The notes under the pieces were generated by a model, which saw nothing but the letters and a program-made list of their open reading frames with translations, was not told the DNA's origin and ran no database searches. The translations under genes were made by a program, and so were the position numbers. Of a stretch of DNA of 64,000 nt, positions 40,800-51,880 are shown one piece after another (position 1 is the stretch's first letter; each line of letters opens with the position of its first letter). Source of the DNA: Bacillales bacterium UBA4100 (lineage in GTDB: Bacteria > Bacillota > Bacilli > Paenibacillales > UBA4045); assembly GCA_002383285.1 (NCBI GenBank), contig DFXU01000049.1, forward strand, positions 8,558 through 72,557, in the 5' to 3' direction.

Positions 40800-40893
40800 T
40801 GTGTTTAAAAGAATAATGGTATAATGAGAGACAAAAAGTATTATGATCGATATCAGCGTGAATGCTGTTACACTGTATGGGGGGTTTTGATGA

Positions 40894-41163
40894 ATGGCAA
40901 GACGGCCCGTTGTCGTCAAATTAAAGACTGGTTTACATGCTCGACCTGCGGCTTTATTCGTTCAAGAGGCTAATAAGTTTTCTTCTGAGGTTTTCGTGGA
41001 GAAGGACGATAAGAAAGTGAATGCCAAGAGTATTATGGGTATCATGAGCTTAGCTATTAGTACGAATACCGAGGTCTACATCAGTGCAGAGGGTTCTGAC
41101 GCTGATCAGGCTGTAAACGCTTTAGTTGGACTAGTGAGCAAGGAAGAACTAGAGAACCAATAA
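40894..41163 (+). CDS. HPr-family protein in the crh position, retaining both His15 and Ser46
   Basis: VVVKLKTGLHARPAALFVQEANKF…KKVNAKSIMGIMSLA is very close to B. subtilis Crh as I recall it, but has H where Crh has Q15. Confidence 0.85.
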   Translation: MARRPVVVKLKTGLHARPAALFVQEANKFSSEVFVEKDDKKVNAKSIMGIMSLAISTNTEVYISAEGSDADQAVNALVGLVSKEELENQ

Positions 41164-41178
41164 TAGTACGTACATACA

Positions 41179-41211
41179 AGGGACTGACCCTAATTTGGGC
41201 GGTCTCTTTTT
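41179..41211 (+). terminator. Imperfect hairpin plus T-tract after the HPr-like gene
   Basis: AGGGACTGACCC…GGGCGGTCTCT followed by TTTTG. The stem contains wobbles and mismatches. Confidence 0.45.
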
Positions 41212-41238
41212 GACGTTCTAACAAGGATTGTGATAATG

Positions 41239-41284
41239 AAAAAAAGGCTTCCACCAGCAGAAAAATATCTACTGAAGGAAGTCC
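41239..41284 (-). terminator. Candidate clpP terminator
   Basis: On the minus strand, GGACTTCC…GGAAGCC (one bulge, long loop) is followed by TTTTTTT. Confidence 0.4.
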
Positions 41285-41308
41285 CCCTAATTGGCTGATC
41301 AATTATTA

Positions 41309-41890
41309 TTATAGTTTCTCAAGTACACTGTCAACAATACCGTATTCTGTAGATTCCTTAGCAGTCATAAAGTAATCGCGATCTGTATCCTTCTCAATTC
41401 GTTTCAGGGTTTGTCCTGTACGCTCTGCCAGGATCGTGTTGAGCTTATCGCGAAGCTTGAGAATTCGCTTGGCACGGATCTCTATATCACTTGCCTGACC
41501 CTCGGCTCCACCGAGCGGTTGATGTATCATGACTTCACTGTTCGGGAGTGCGTATCGCTTGCCCTTCTGACCGGCAGCTAGTAAGAAGGCGCCCATCGAA
41601 GCGGCCATACCAATACAGATTGTGGATACATCGGGTTTAATGAACTGCATGGTGTCATATATAGCCATACCTGAAGTGATTGAACCACCTGGACTATTAA
41701 TGTAGAGGTGAATGTCTTTCTCTGGATCATCTGCGGCTAGGAACAACAGTTGAGCGATAATGGTATTCGCTACAATATCGTTAATCGGAGTACCTAAGAA
41801 GATGATACGGTCCTTTAATAAACGAGAATAGATATCATACGATCTCTCGCCACGATTCGTTTGTTCGATGACCATTGGTATTAAGCTCAT
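41309..41890 (-). CDS. clpP: ATP-dependent Clp protease proteolytic subunit
   Basis: [30 protein letters not shown]…, catalytic [11 protein letters not shown] and MIHQPLGG. Confidence 0.97.
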   Translation of the reverse strand: MSLIPMVIEQTNRGERSYDIYSRLLKDRIIFLGTPINDIVANTIIAQLLFLAADDPEKDIHLYINSPGGSITSGMAIYDTMQFIKPDVSTICIGMAASMGAFLLAAGQKGKRYALPNSEVMIHQPLGGAEGQASDIEIRAKRILKLRDKLNTILAERTGQTLKRIEKDTDRDYFMTAKESTEYGIVDSVLEKL

Positions 41891-42000
41891 GGATTCATGC
41901 CTCCTAAAGGTTTTGTAGATCGTTTAGTTTATTCGGTTACTTATTATCTTAATCCATCTCAGATCAAAGGTCAAGAAAGGTCAAACATTAGTCAAAAAAA

Positions 42001-42075
42001 TGGCGCGCTCGCGAGGAATCGAACCTCGATCTCAGGCTTCGGAGGCCTACGTTATATCCGTTTAACTACGAGCGC
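42001..42075 (-). tRNA. tRNA-Arg (anticodon CCG), CCA encoded
   Basis: The reverse complement folds by hand into a cloverleaf: acceptor GCGCTCG/CGAGCGC, D stem GTTA/TAAC with a GG loop, anticodon stem TAGGC/GCCTG with loop CT-CCG-AA, T arm CGAGG-TTCGATT-CCTCG, discriminator G, CCA. Confidence 0.9.
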
Positions 42076-42132
42076 ACGTGTGATTCTATGTGTTATACAT
42101 CAATAGATAGCAACTGCAATTATATGTTATGA

Positions 42133-42392
42133 GGAGTTAAAAATCAAGGAAGCAGCTGTAGTTGTTTTAAGGAGATCATTGATGCCGTACGAATTTCGCT
42201 AAAGCAGAGAAGGATTCGTTTTGTACATCTTGATCATTTAGAAGTCGTTAAGCTGGAATGACCACAGTAGTATTGGAGCAGCTATTTATTCCGCGGAAAG
42301 AGTATTAGGAATTGGGGACTCGAGCTGACTTCTTAGCAGCTGATTTTACCGAATTACGTAAAAAACTCCTTGCGGCGTCCTTTATGTGCTAA
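42133..42392 (+). pseudogene. Possible decayed coding remnant (frame-broken, no start codon, in-frame TAG)
   Basis: Frame A (42133..42261) reads …KEIIDAVRISLKQRRIRFVHLDHLEVVKLE*. A second frame (42258..42392) reads MTTVVLEQLFIPRKEY*ELGTRADFLAADFTELRKKLLAASFMC*. The text is protein-like, but I recognise no family. Confidence 0.25.
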
Positions 42393-42551
42393 TTCATATA
42401 TTGTGTATTAGCTGGGAATTAGGTGTAGGTATAACCCCTTTTCGAGTGGCTATTTCAGATCAGATGAACATCTTCAACCGTCTAGCCACTTTTGAGGCGG
42501 TTAATTGACCCAGTTCACCGCTCATCCACTGGATACTGGCATATAACCACC

Positions 42552-42619
42552 CGATATAACGTTATTCTTGATTATACTGTAAGTTTCTTAGGATTAGCCA
42601 TTCGATATAACGTTATATC
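42552..42619. repeat. Two copies of CGATATAACGTTAT, 51 bp apart; the second lies within a 16-bp perfect palindrome GATATAACGTTATATC
   Basis: 14-mers at 42552..42565 and 42603..42616; palindrome at 42604..42619, verified by reverse-complementing by hand. Confidence 0.7.
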
Positions 42620-42809
42620 ATCAACAAGCCAATTCGGGCTGGATGTATTTCGTTTGCCTGATTTTTCAAGTTAATATATAGTATAGGAAGCTTTACTGGA
42701 AACGATTTAACTCTTAATTAGGCATTACCACAAGCGGATTGAGGGGAGAGGAAAGTCTTCTCCTTAGCTCTAAGCTGTTTACTTCTGACGCTTGCATTCT
42801 GGTAAGAAT

Positions 42810-42838
42810 TTGGATACAATAAATAAGCAAGTTATATT
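42810..42838 (+). promoter_or_regulatory. Candidate cggR-gapA operon promoter (TTGGAT-N17-TATATT)
   Basis: Hexamers at 42810..42815 and 42833..42838, placed just upstream of the CggR operator as in B. subtilis. Confidence 0.55.
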
Positions 42839-42851
42839 TTTTTGACCTAAG

Positions 42852-42887
42852 TGGGACGTATTAAGTATTGTCGGGACGATTAATGTC
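42852..42887 (+). promoter_or_regulatory. CggR operator (tandem direct repeats)
   Basis: TGGGAC-GTATTA-AGTA-TTGT-CGGGAC-GATTAA-TGTC fits the published CGGGACN6TGTCN4CGGGACN6TGTC spacing. The second repeat is exact. Confidence 0.8.
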
Positions 42888-42918
42888 CCAACGACGTTTC
42901 CAAGATGGAGTGGAACAG

Positions 42919-43938
42919 ATGAGGGAAGTATTAAACGTTCAGAAGCAGCTAATTCCCGATCTAATCGACCTATTGAAAAAACGCTATACCGTCCTCAATC
43001 ACATCCTGCTTATGGGCACTGCGGGTCGAAGGACGTTGGCTGCCTCGCTCGATATGAGTGAGCGTGTGCTACGTGCTGAGACTGATTTTCTAAAGGAGCA
43101 GGGTCTACTAAGAATCGAAAGCAATGGGATGACGATTAGCTCAGCTGGTGAAGAATTACTGGCATCTATGGAGCCGATGGTAAAGGAATTGTTCGGTTTA
43201 AGCGCAATGGAAGCTCAGCTGTGCCAACGATTCGGACTAACGACTGTTGTGGTTGTCCCCGGCGACTCTGACATCTCTTCATTCGCGAAGAGAGAATTGG
43301 GAAGGGCTGGCGCCAACGCATTGCGTAAGGTTGTAGCCAAGAATGATATCGTTGCAGTGACTGGTGGATCCACCATGGCGGAGGTCGCTAATGAATTGAA
43401 TGCGACCACTCAGTTGAAAGGAATATGTTTCGTTCCAGCTCGAGGTGGGTTAGGAGAAAGTGTGGAGTTTCAAGCGAACACGATTGCATCAGCGATGGCT
43501 AAGAGGATAGGCGGACAGTATCGGCTGTTGCATGTCCCCGATTTTCTAAGCGAGGATGCATACCAATCTCTTATTCACGAGCCGAATGTTAAGGAAATTG
43601 TAACGGTCATTCGTCAAGCTCGGATTGTCATTCATGGAATCGGGGATGCTGTACGTATGGCGGAGCGGCGAAAGCTCGGTCAGGCTACAATTGATGATTT
43701 GAAGAAGGAGGGCGCTTTGGCAGAAGCATTCGGATATTACTTCAATCGTGATGGTCAGGTCGTACATAAGATGCACACAGTTGGCCTGCGGCTTGAGGAT
43801 ATCCAGCAGACGGAAACCGTCATTGCAGTAGCGGGCGGACGGAGCAAGGGCGAAGCCATTAGAGCGATTATGAAGTTTGGTCACGAGGATATACTAGTGA
43901 CAGATGAAGCCGCAGCTAAGATTGTTCTTGCGGAGTAA
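42919..43938 (+). CDS. cggR: Central glycolytic genes regulator (SorC/DeoR type)
   Basis: MREVLNVQKQLIPDLIDLLKKRY… parallels the B. subtilis CggR N-terminus, and GGAG precedes ATG 42919. The longer track ORF (42868) would translate the operator itself. Confidence 0.9.
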   Translation: MREVLNVQKQLIPDLIDLLKKRYTVLNHILLMGTAGRRTLAASLDMSERVLRAETDFLKEQGLLRIESNGMTISSAGEELLASMEPMVKELFGLSAMEAQLCQRFGLTTVVVVPGDSDISSFAKRELGRAGANALRKVVAKNDIVAVTGGSTMAEVANELNATTQLKGICFVPARGGLGESVEFQANTIASAMAKRIGGQYRLLHVPDFLSEDAYQSLIHEPNVKEIVTVIRQARIVIHGIGDAVRMAERRKLGQATIDDLKKEGALAEAFGYYFNRDGQVVHKMHTVGLRLEDIQQTETVIAVAGGRSKGEAIRAIMKFGHEDILVTDEAAAKIVLAE

Positions 43939-44055
43939 TCATGATTGGATTGTCATCTTGAAGATACCATCGCTGTCACAAGCATAGTGTGTGGAATCTT
44001 TTTAGATATATGAGGTTGGTATAACCTATAAAAAATTTTTTAGGAGGAAACAAAA

Positions 44056-45060
44056 ATGGTAAAAGTAGGGATTAATGGATTTGGACGAATTGGACGTAAT
44101 GTATTCCGCGCGGCGCTTAACAATCCGGAGGTAGAGATCGTTGCGATCAATGATTTGACGGATGTAAAAATGCTGGCTCACTTACTTCGTTATGATACAA
44201 CTCACGGTAAATTGAACGCTAAGGTTGAAGTTGGCGAAGGCGAACTCATCGTGAATGGCGTATCCGTTAAGGTATTCGCAGAGCGCGATCCTGCAAACCT
44301 GCCATGGGGACAATACGGCGTTGAAATCGTTGTTGAATCAACGGGTATATTCACAGATAAGGCTAAAGCTGAATTGCATCTGAAGGGCGGAGCTAAGAAG
44401 GTTATTATCTCAGCACCTGCTTCCAACGAAGATATCACTATTGTTCTTGGTGTGAACGAAGATAAATACGATGCTGCTAGCCATACTATTATCTCTAACG
44501 CTTCATGTACAACAAACTGCCTTGCACCTTTTGCCAAGGTATTGAATGATGAGTTTGGTATTGTTAAGGGAATGATGAGCACAATTCACTCCTACACGAA
44601 TGATCAATCCGTACTAGATTTGCCACATAAGGACGCTCGCCGCGCACGTGCAGCAGCTGAGAACATTATCCCTTCATCCACTGGTGCTGCTAAAGCTGTT
44701 TCACTCGTGCTTCCTGAGCTTAAGGGCAAGCTGAACGGTATGGCTTTCCGCGTACCTACACCTAACGTGTCTGTAACGGATCTTGTTGTTGAATTAAGCA
44801 AGAACGTAACAGTCGATGAAGTGAATGCTGCTTTCGAGAAGGCTGCTAACGGCAAGATGAAGGGCATTCTGAACTACTCCGCTGAGCCGCTTGTATCGAG
44901 TGACTATAACGGAGATCCTGCATCATCCACGATTGACTCCCTATCCACTATGGTTGTAGGCGATAATATGGTGAAGGTTGTTTCTTGGTACGACAATGAG
45001 TGGGGCTACTCCAGCCGCGTTGTTGACTTGATTGATTTTATCGCTAAAAAAGGTCTATAA
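44056..45060 (+). CDS. gapA: Glyceraldehyde-3-phosphate dehydrogenase (glycolytic)
   Basis: [13 protein letters not shown] and the active site [12 protein letters not shown]. Confidence 0.97.
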   Translation: MVKVGINGFGRIGRNVFRAALNNPEVEIVAINDLTDVKMLAHLLRYDTTHGKLNAKVEVGEGELIVNGVSVKVFAERDPANLPWGQYGVEIVVESTGIFTDKAKAELHLKGGAKKVIISAPASNEDITIVLGVNEDKYDAASHTIISNASCTTNCLAPFAKVLNDEFGIVKGMMSTIHSYTNDQSVLDLPHKDARRARAAAENIIPSSTGAAKAVSLVLPELKGKLNGMAFRVPTPNVSVTDLVVELSKNVTVDEVNAAFEKAANGKMKGILNYSAEPLVSSDYNGDPASSTIDSLSTMVVGDNMVKVVSWYDNEWGYSSRVVDLIDFIAKKGL

Positions 45061-45086
45061 GAAATCGCATATCAGTAAGTCAACCT

Positions 45087-45108
45087 AGAGGAGAAGCAAT
45101 TCTCCTCT
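45087..45108 (+). terminator. 9-bp stem hairpin after gapA (partial terminator or mRNA stabiliser)
   Basis: AGAGGAGAA-GCAA-TTCTCCTCT without a long U-tract. The position matches the known gapA-proximal transcript end in B. subtilis. Confidence 0.5.
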
Positions 45109-45188
45109 TCCCAATGTAATAAAAGGTTTGCTTAAATATTGCGAGTTTATATGTTGTAGATAAAGTAGAAACTTTCAGGAGGCTCTTT

Positions 45189-46370
45189 ATGAATAAGAAA
45201 AGTGTGCGTGATATCGATATTGCCGGCAAAAAGGTGTTCGTACGTGTAGACTTTAACGTTCCATTGGAGAATGGTGAAATTACAGATGACACGAGAATTC
45301 GTGAGACGCTACCTACGATTCAATATTTGATCGACAAGGGTGCGAAGGTTATTCTAGCCAGCCATCTTGGACGTCCGAATGGTCAGGTTGTTGAGGAGCT
45401 TCGCTTAACTCCAGCAGCTGCAAGATTATCGGAAATTCTCGGCAAGGCTGTATTCAAGGCTGATGAATCGATTGGTGATGTAGTTAAATCACAGGTAGAG
45501 CAATTGAAGAACGGGGATGTTCTATTACTGGAGAATGTACGCTTCTATCCCGGTGAAGAGAAGAATGACGCAGAATTAGCTAAGTCGTTCGCTGAGTTAG
45601 CAGATATCTTCGTGAATGATGCCTTCGGAGCGGCGCATCGTGCACATGCTTCTACAGAAGGAATTGCCCATTACTTGCCTGCAGTATCGGGCTTGTTGAT
45701 GGAGAAGGAGCTTACTGTTCTAGGTAAGGCGTTAACGAACCCAGAACGTCCCTTCACAGCGATTGTAGGTGGTGCGAAGGTTAAGGACAAGATAGCTGTG
45801 ATTGAGAACCTAATCGAGCTTGCGGATAACATCATCATTGGTGGCGGGCTTTCCTATACATTCTTAAAAGCACAGGGTTATGAGATTGGCAAATCGCTTG
45901 TGGATAACAGTAAGATTGATTTGGCAAAGAGCTTCCTTGATAAAGCGAAGGCAAAGGGTGTTCAGTTCCTACTGCCAGTTGACGTAGTTGTTGCTGATGA
46001 TTTCAGCGAGACAGCGAATACGCAAACGGTAAGTATTGATAGTATTCCCTCAGATTGGGAAGGCCTCGATATTGGACCGAAAACCTCTGAATTGTATGCG
46101 AAGGTTGTTAAGGAATCCAAGCTTGTTGTCTGGAACGGTCCAATGGGCGTATTCGAATTGAGTACATTTGCTGAAGGTACGAAGGCTGTTGCTGTGGCAT
46201 GTGCAGAGACGGAAGGCTACACGATTATTGGCGGTGGCGATTCTGCAGCGGCTGTAGAGAAATTCCATCTGGCTGAACGTATGGATCATATGTCTACCGG
46301 TGGCGGAGCTTCCTTGGAGTTCATGGAAGGCAAGGCGTTGCCAGGTGTAGTAGCACTCAACGACAAGTAG
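45189..46370 (+). CDS. pgk: Phosphoglycerate kinase
   Basis: [12 protein letters not shown]…, ASHLGRP and GGGDSAAAV motifs. Confidence 0.97.
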   Translation: MNKKSVRDIDIAGKKVFVRVDFNVPLENGEITDDTRIRETLPTIQYLIDKGAKVILASHLGRPNGQVVEELRLTPAAARLSEILGKAVFKADESIGDVVKSQVEQLKNGDVLLLENVRFYPGEEKNDAELAKSFAELADIFVNDAFGAAHRAHASTEGIAHYLPAVSGLLMEKELTVLGKALTNPERPFTAIVGGAKVKDKIAVIENLIELADNIIIGGGLSYTFLKAQGYEIGKSLVDNSKIDLAKSFLDKAKAKGVQFLLPVDVVVADDFSETANTQTVSIDSIPSDWEGLDIGPKTSELYAKVVKESKLVVWNGPMGVFELSTFAEGTKAVAVACAETEGYTIIGGGDSAAAVEKFHLAERMDHMSTGGGASLEFMEGKALPGVVALNDK

Positions 46371-46388
46371 CTCGTACTAGCGCGAGGC

Positions 46389-46498
46389 AACATGGGGCGA
46401 GGACCAGCGGCCGATGTGTGATGCGAGCATGGAGCAGCGTGAGAAGCTGAGCATGGGGCAGCGTGTGAAGCGGGCATGTGGCAGCGTGTGATGAGAGC
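46389..46498. repeat. GC-rich degenerate tandem repeat, ~23-25 bp unit (GCATGGnGCAGCGTGnGAnG…), three clear units plus one interrupted unit
   Basis: Units at 46427..46450, 46451..46473 and 46474..46498. A related interrupted unit lies at 46389..46426. Confidence 0.75.
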
Positions 46499-46611
46499 TA
46501 CGGAAAGCGGATATAAGTCTAGTCTGAGGTTTACGGTCCGCGGAGGCTTTAATAGTTAACATAACATCGATTTATCGCGAAATAACGGTCTACAAGGCCT
46601 TTGACTCAGGG

Positions 46612-46625
46612 TATTCAGCTGAATA
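46612..46625. repeat. 14-bp perfect palindrome TATTCAGCTGAATA
   Basis: Self-complementary by hand check. Flanked by GG…TACC, which extend the stem imperfectly. Confidence 0.7.
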
Positions 46626-46834
46626 TACCGGATTATGAGTGGTTATCTCTACCATAAGGGACTACTAGGCCTCTATTATGGTCAAATATCCACATTATAA
46701 CAAGATTAAAGGCCTGAGACACCGTTAGTGGGTGTGTGACCATAGTTTTCCGCGTGTGCGCGGTTCCCCATGATACGTGGCAATTCGGTCCAAAGCATAG
46801 TGATTTCGAAAACACGTCGATGCAATCAAATCCA

Positions 46835-46852
46835 GAATCAGCTAGCTGATTC
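46835..46852. repeat. 18-bp perfect palindrome GAATCAGCTAGCTGATTC
   Basis: Self-complementary by hand check. Shares the ATTCAGCT / AATCAGCT half-site with the palindrome at 46612. Confidence 0.7.
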
Positions 46853-46919
46853 AAGTTCGTACGATCGACGATCGATTAATGAATGAGCCCTTAGGGCATC
46901 TCGTTAAGGAGTGATTAGT

Positions 46920-47672
46920 ATGAGAACACCCATTATTGCAGGTAACTGGAAAATGTTCAAAACCGTAGGTGAAGCGCAGCAATTCGTGCAGGACGTTCAA
47001 GCATCTGCAGAAGTAGCTGGTGTAGTCGGAGTTATATGTGCTCCTTATACCACATTGCCTGCACTTGTAGAGGCTGTAAAGGGTACAACACTAAAGGTAG
47101 GAGCGCAGAATCTTCATTGGGAGGATAATGGTGCTTATACCGGAGAAATCAGCGGAGTAATGCTGAAGGACCTAGGTGTGGAATACGTTATTATTGGGCA
47201 TTCGGAGCGAAGAGCTTACTTTGCAGAGACAGATGAGACCGTGAATAAGAAGGTTCACGCTGCTTTCAAGCATGCGCTCGTACCTATTGTCTGTGTTGGT
47301 GAGAAGCTAGAAGAACGTGAAGCGGATCTAACGAAGAATGTATGCTTAGTGCAGACTAAAGCCTTATTCCAAGGTCTGTCAGCGCAACAAGCTGCACAGG
47401 TTGTTATCGCATATGAGCCGATCTGGGCCATCGGGACAGGTAAATCCTCAACCGCTGAAGATGCGAATGAAGTAATCAGCTACATACGCAGTGTTGTTGC
47501 CGAGCTCTATGATGCTTCGACGGCTGATAAGGTTATCATTCAGTATGGTGGCAGCGTAAAGCCGGGTAACATTCGTGAATATATGCAGCAATCGGACATT
47601 GATGGAGCATTGGTCGGTGGAGCTAGCTTAGATGCAGCTTCTTATATCCAACTGGTGGAAGGGGCACAGTAA
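46920..47672 (+). CDS. tpiA: Triosephosphate isomerase
   Basis: [12 protein letters not shown]…, [25 protein letters not shown] lies 8 nt before ATG 46920. Confidence 0.97.
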   Translation: MRTPIIAGNWKMFKTVGEAQQFVQDVQASAEVAGVVGVICAPYTTLPALVEAVKGTTLKVGAQNLHWEDNGAYTGEISGVMLKDLGVEYVIIGHSERRAYFAETDETVNKKVHAAFKHALVPIVCVGEKLEEREADLTKNVCLVQTKALFQGLSAQQAAQVVIAYEPIWAIGTGKSSTAEDANEVISYIRSVVAELYDASTADKVIIQYGGSVKPGNIREYMQQSDIDGALVGGASLDAASYIQLVEGAQ

Positions 47673-47673
47673 T

Positions 47674-50548
<2,875 letters not shown>

Positions 50549-50628
50549 TTAAATATGTCATAGCAATTTTCGGGCAAACTGATATAATCAAGGGCACTGA
50601 GGAACATGCGAATAAGGAGACGATACAT

Positions 50629-51408
50629 TTGACGAAAATTCCTGTGGGTATTCAATTGTATACATTGCGCGATGAGACGAGTCTGGATTTCGTAGGTACC
50701 TTGAAGAAGGTAGCTGATATTGGATTCCAAGTCGTCGAGTTTGCTGGATATGGAGACCTTCCTGCGAAGGAATTGAAGAAGGTGCTAGATGACCTTGGAC
50801 TAAGGGCTAGTTCGAGTCACGTTGGTTTATCTTACTTGGATAGAGAGAAATTAAAGTCGCAGGTTGCCTACCAGATTGAATACAATAAGGAAATTGGCAG
50901 TGAATATATCGTAACTCCTTATGCTCCATTGGACAAGATGGTCACCTTGAGTGAGCTCGAGCCATATCTTGACGCCTTCCTCTATGTGGGTGAGGAATGT
51001 CAACGTGCAGGTATCGGTTATTTGTATCATAATCATCAGTTTGAATTTAATAAGATTGATGATGTATTCATCCTCGATCATATCTTCGAAGCGGTTGGAT
51101 CGGATTTACTCCAAGCTGAGCTCGATTTGTATTGGGTGAAGAAAGCGGGTTTGGATCCTAAGAGCTATCTGAAGCAATATAAGGGTCGTTGTCCAATCGT
51201 TCACATCAAGGATATGACAGCCGATGAGCGTGGTTTTTTTGCAGAGGTTGGTCGAGGAATCATTAATTATCCGGCGATATTCGAGATAGCTGAGTCAATT
51301 GGTATTCAATACTACCTGGTGGAGCAGGATCAATGCGAACGTCCGCCATTAGAGAGCATTAAGATTAGCATGGATTACTTGAAGTCTGTTGGCATTGTCC
51401 AAGCTTGA
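50629..51408 (+). CDS. Sugar phosphate isomerase/epimerase (xylose-isomerase-like TIM barrel)
   Basis: AP-endonuclease-2/TIM-barrel-like content (…LYHNHQFEF…VHIKD…). TTG start after AAGGAG. Confidence 0.65.
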   Translation: MTKIPVGIQLYTLRDETSLDFVGTLKKVADIGFQVVEFAGYGDLPAKELKKVLDDLGLRASSSHVGLSYLDREKLKSQVAYQIEYNKEIGSEYIVTPYAPLDKMVTLSELEPYLDAFLYVGEECQRAGIGYLYHNHQFEFNKIDDVFILDHIFEAVGSDLLQAELDLYWVKKAGLDPKSYLKQYKGRCPIVHIKDMTADERGFFAEVGRGIINYPAIFEIAESIGIQYYLVEQDQCERPPLESIKISMDYLKSVGIVQA

Positions 51409-51523
51409 AGATAGTGAAGGCTCAGGCTCCAGTTGTCAAGCATCCGCGTGTGTGTTACAATACAAATGCTGTCTTAAATGAGAAATAAATTATTTGTCTT
51501 AAGCTTTAATGGAGGTGTCATCG

Positions 51524-51760
51524 TTGAGACTTACTTTTCACGTATTGTTAATTATCGCTTCTCTGGGGCTCATAACAGCTGTTCTATTACAAAAGGGTAA
51601 GAGTGCGGGATTATCAGGAGCAATTACTGGTGGTGCAGAGCATCTATTCGGTAAAACCAAGGCTCGTGGACTAGAATTGTTCTTGTCACGTCTAACCATG
51701 GGTTTAGCGTCTGCTTTCATCATCCTTTCACTGATCGTTTCTTACATCGTAACTGAATAA
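51524..51760 (+). CDS. secG: Preprotein translocase subunit SecG
   Basis: [23 protein letters not shown] is the SecG signature. TTG 51524 follows GGAGGTG (51511..51517); the track's ATG 51509 overlaps that RBS. Confidence 0.85.
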   Translation: MRLTFHVLLIIASLGLITAVLLQKGKSAGLSGAITGGAEHLFGKTKARGLELFLSRLTMGLASAFIILSLIVSYIVTE

Positions 51761-51785
51761 TTGAAACAATTAACAAGAGATTAAG

Positions 51786-51816
51786 CAGCAGGAGTTATTG
51801 TTCCTGCTGTTTTTTG
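51786..51816 (+). terminator. Rho-independent terminator after secG
   Basis: CAGCAGGA-GTTATTGT-TCCTGCTG followed by TTTTTTG. Confidence 0.8.
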
Positions 51817-51880
51817 TATATACTAAGAGTGTGATCTATTCACACAGGATTCTACCTTGAAGATTAAAGAGGTGCATAAG

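Noticed and set aside
41891-42130. Integration scar at tRNA-Arg(CCG)
   Set aside because: Only ~110 bp separate the tRNA 3' end from clpP. I found no repeat of the tRNA 3' segment in the window, and there is no integrase.
42492-42674. 60-aa ORF in the tRNA-cggR spacer
   Set aside because: It has a non-ATG start without an RBS. Its repeated RYNVI peptide is just the translation of the duplicated CGATATAACGTTAT DNA motif, so the signal is at the DNA level.
42868-42918. Longer cggR start (track ORF 42868)
   Set aside because: The extra 17 codons are the CggR operator itself. ATG 42919 has a GGAG RBS and reproduces the B. subtilis CggR N-terminus.
46389-46498. Possible CRISPR-like array
   Set aside because: The units are contiguous and degenerate with no unique spacers, there are only 3-4 units, and no cas genes are in the window.
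46286-46854. Minus-strand ORFs (63, 61 and 73 aa) in the pgk-tpiA spacer
   Set aside because: The first overlaps the pgk 3' end, and its ASHAAPCS repeats are translated tandem DNA repeats. None has an RBS or a recognisable family.
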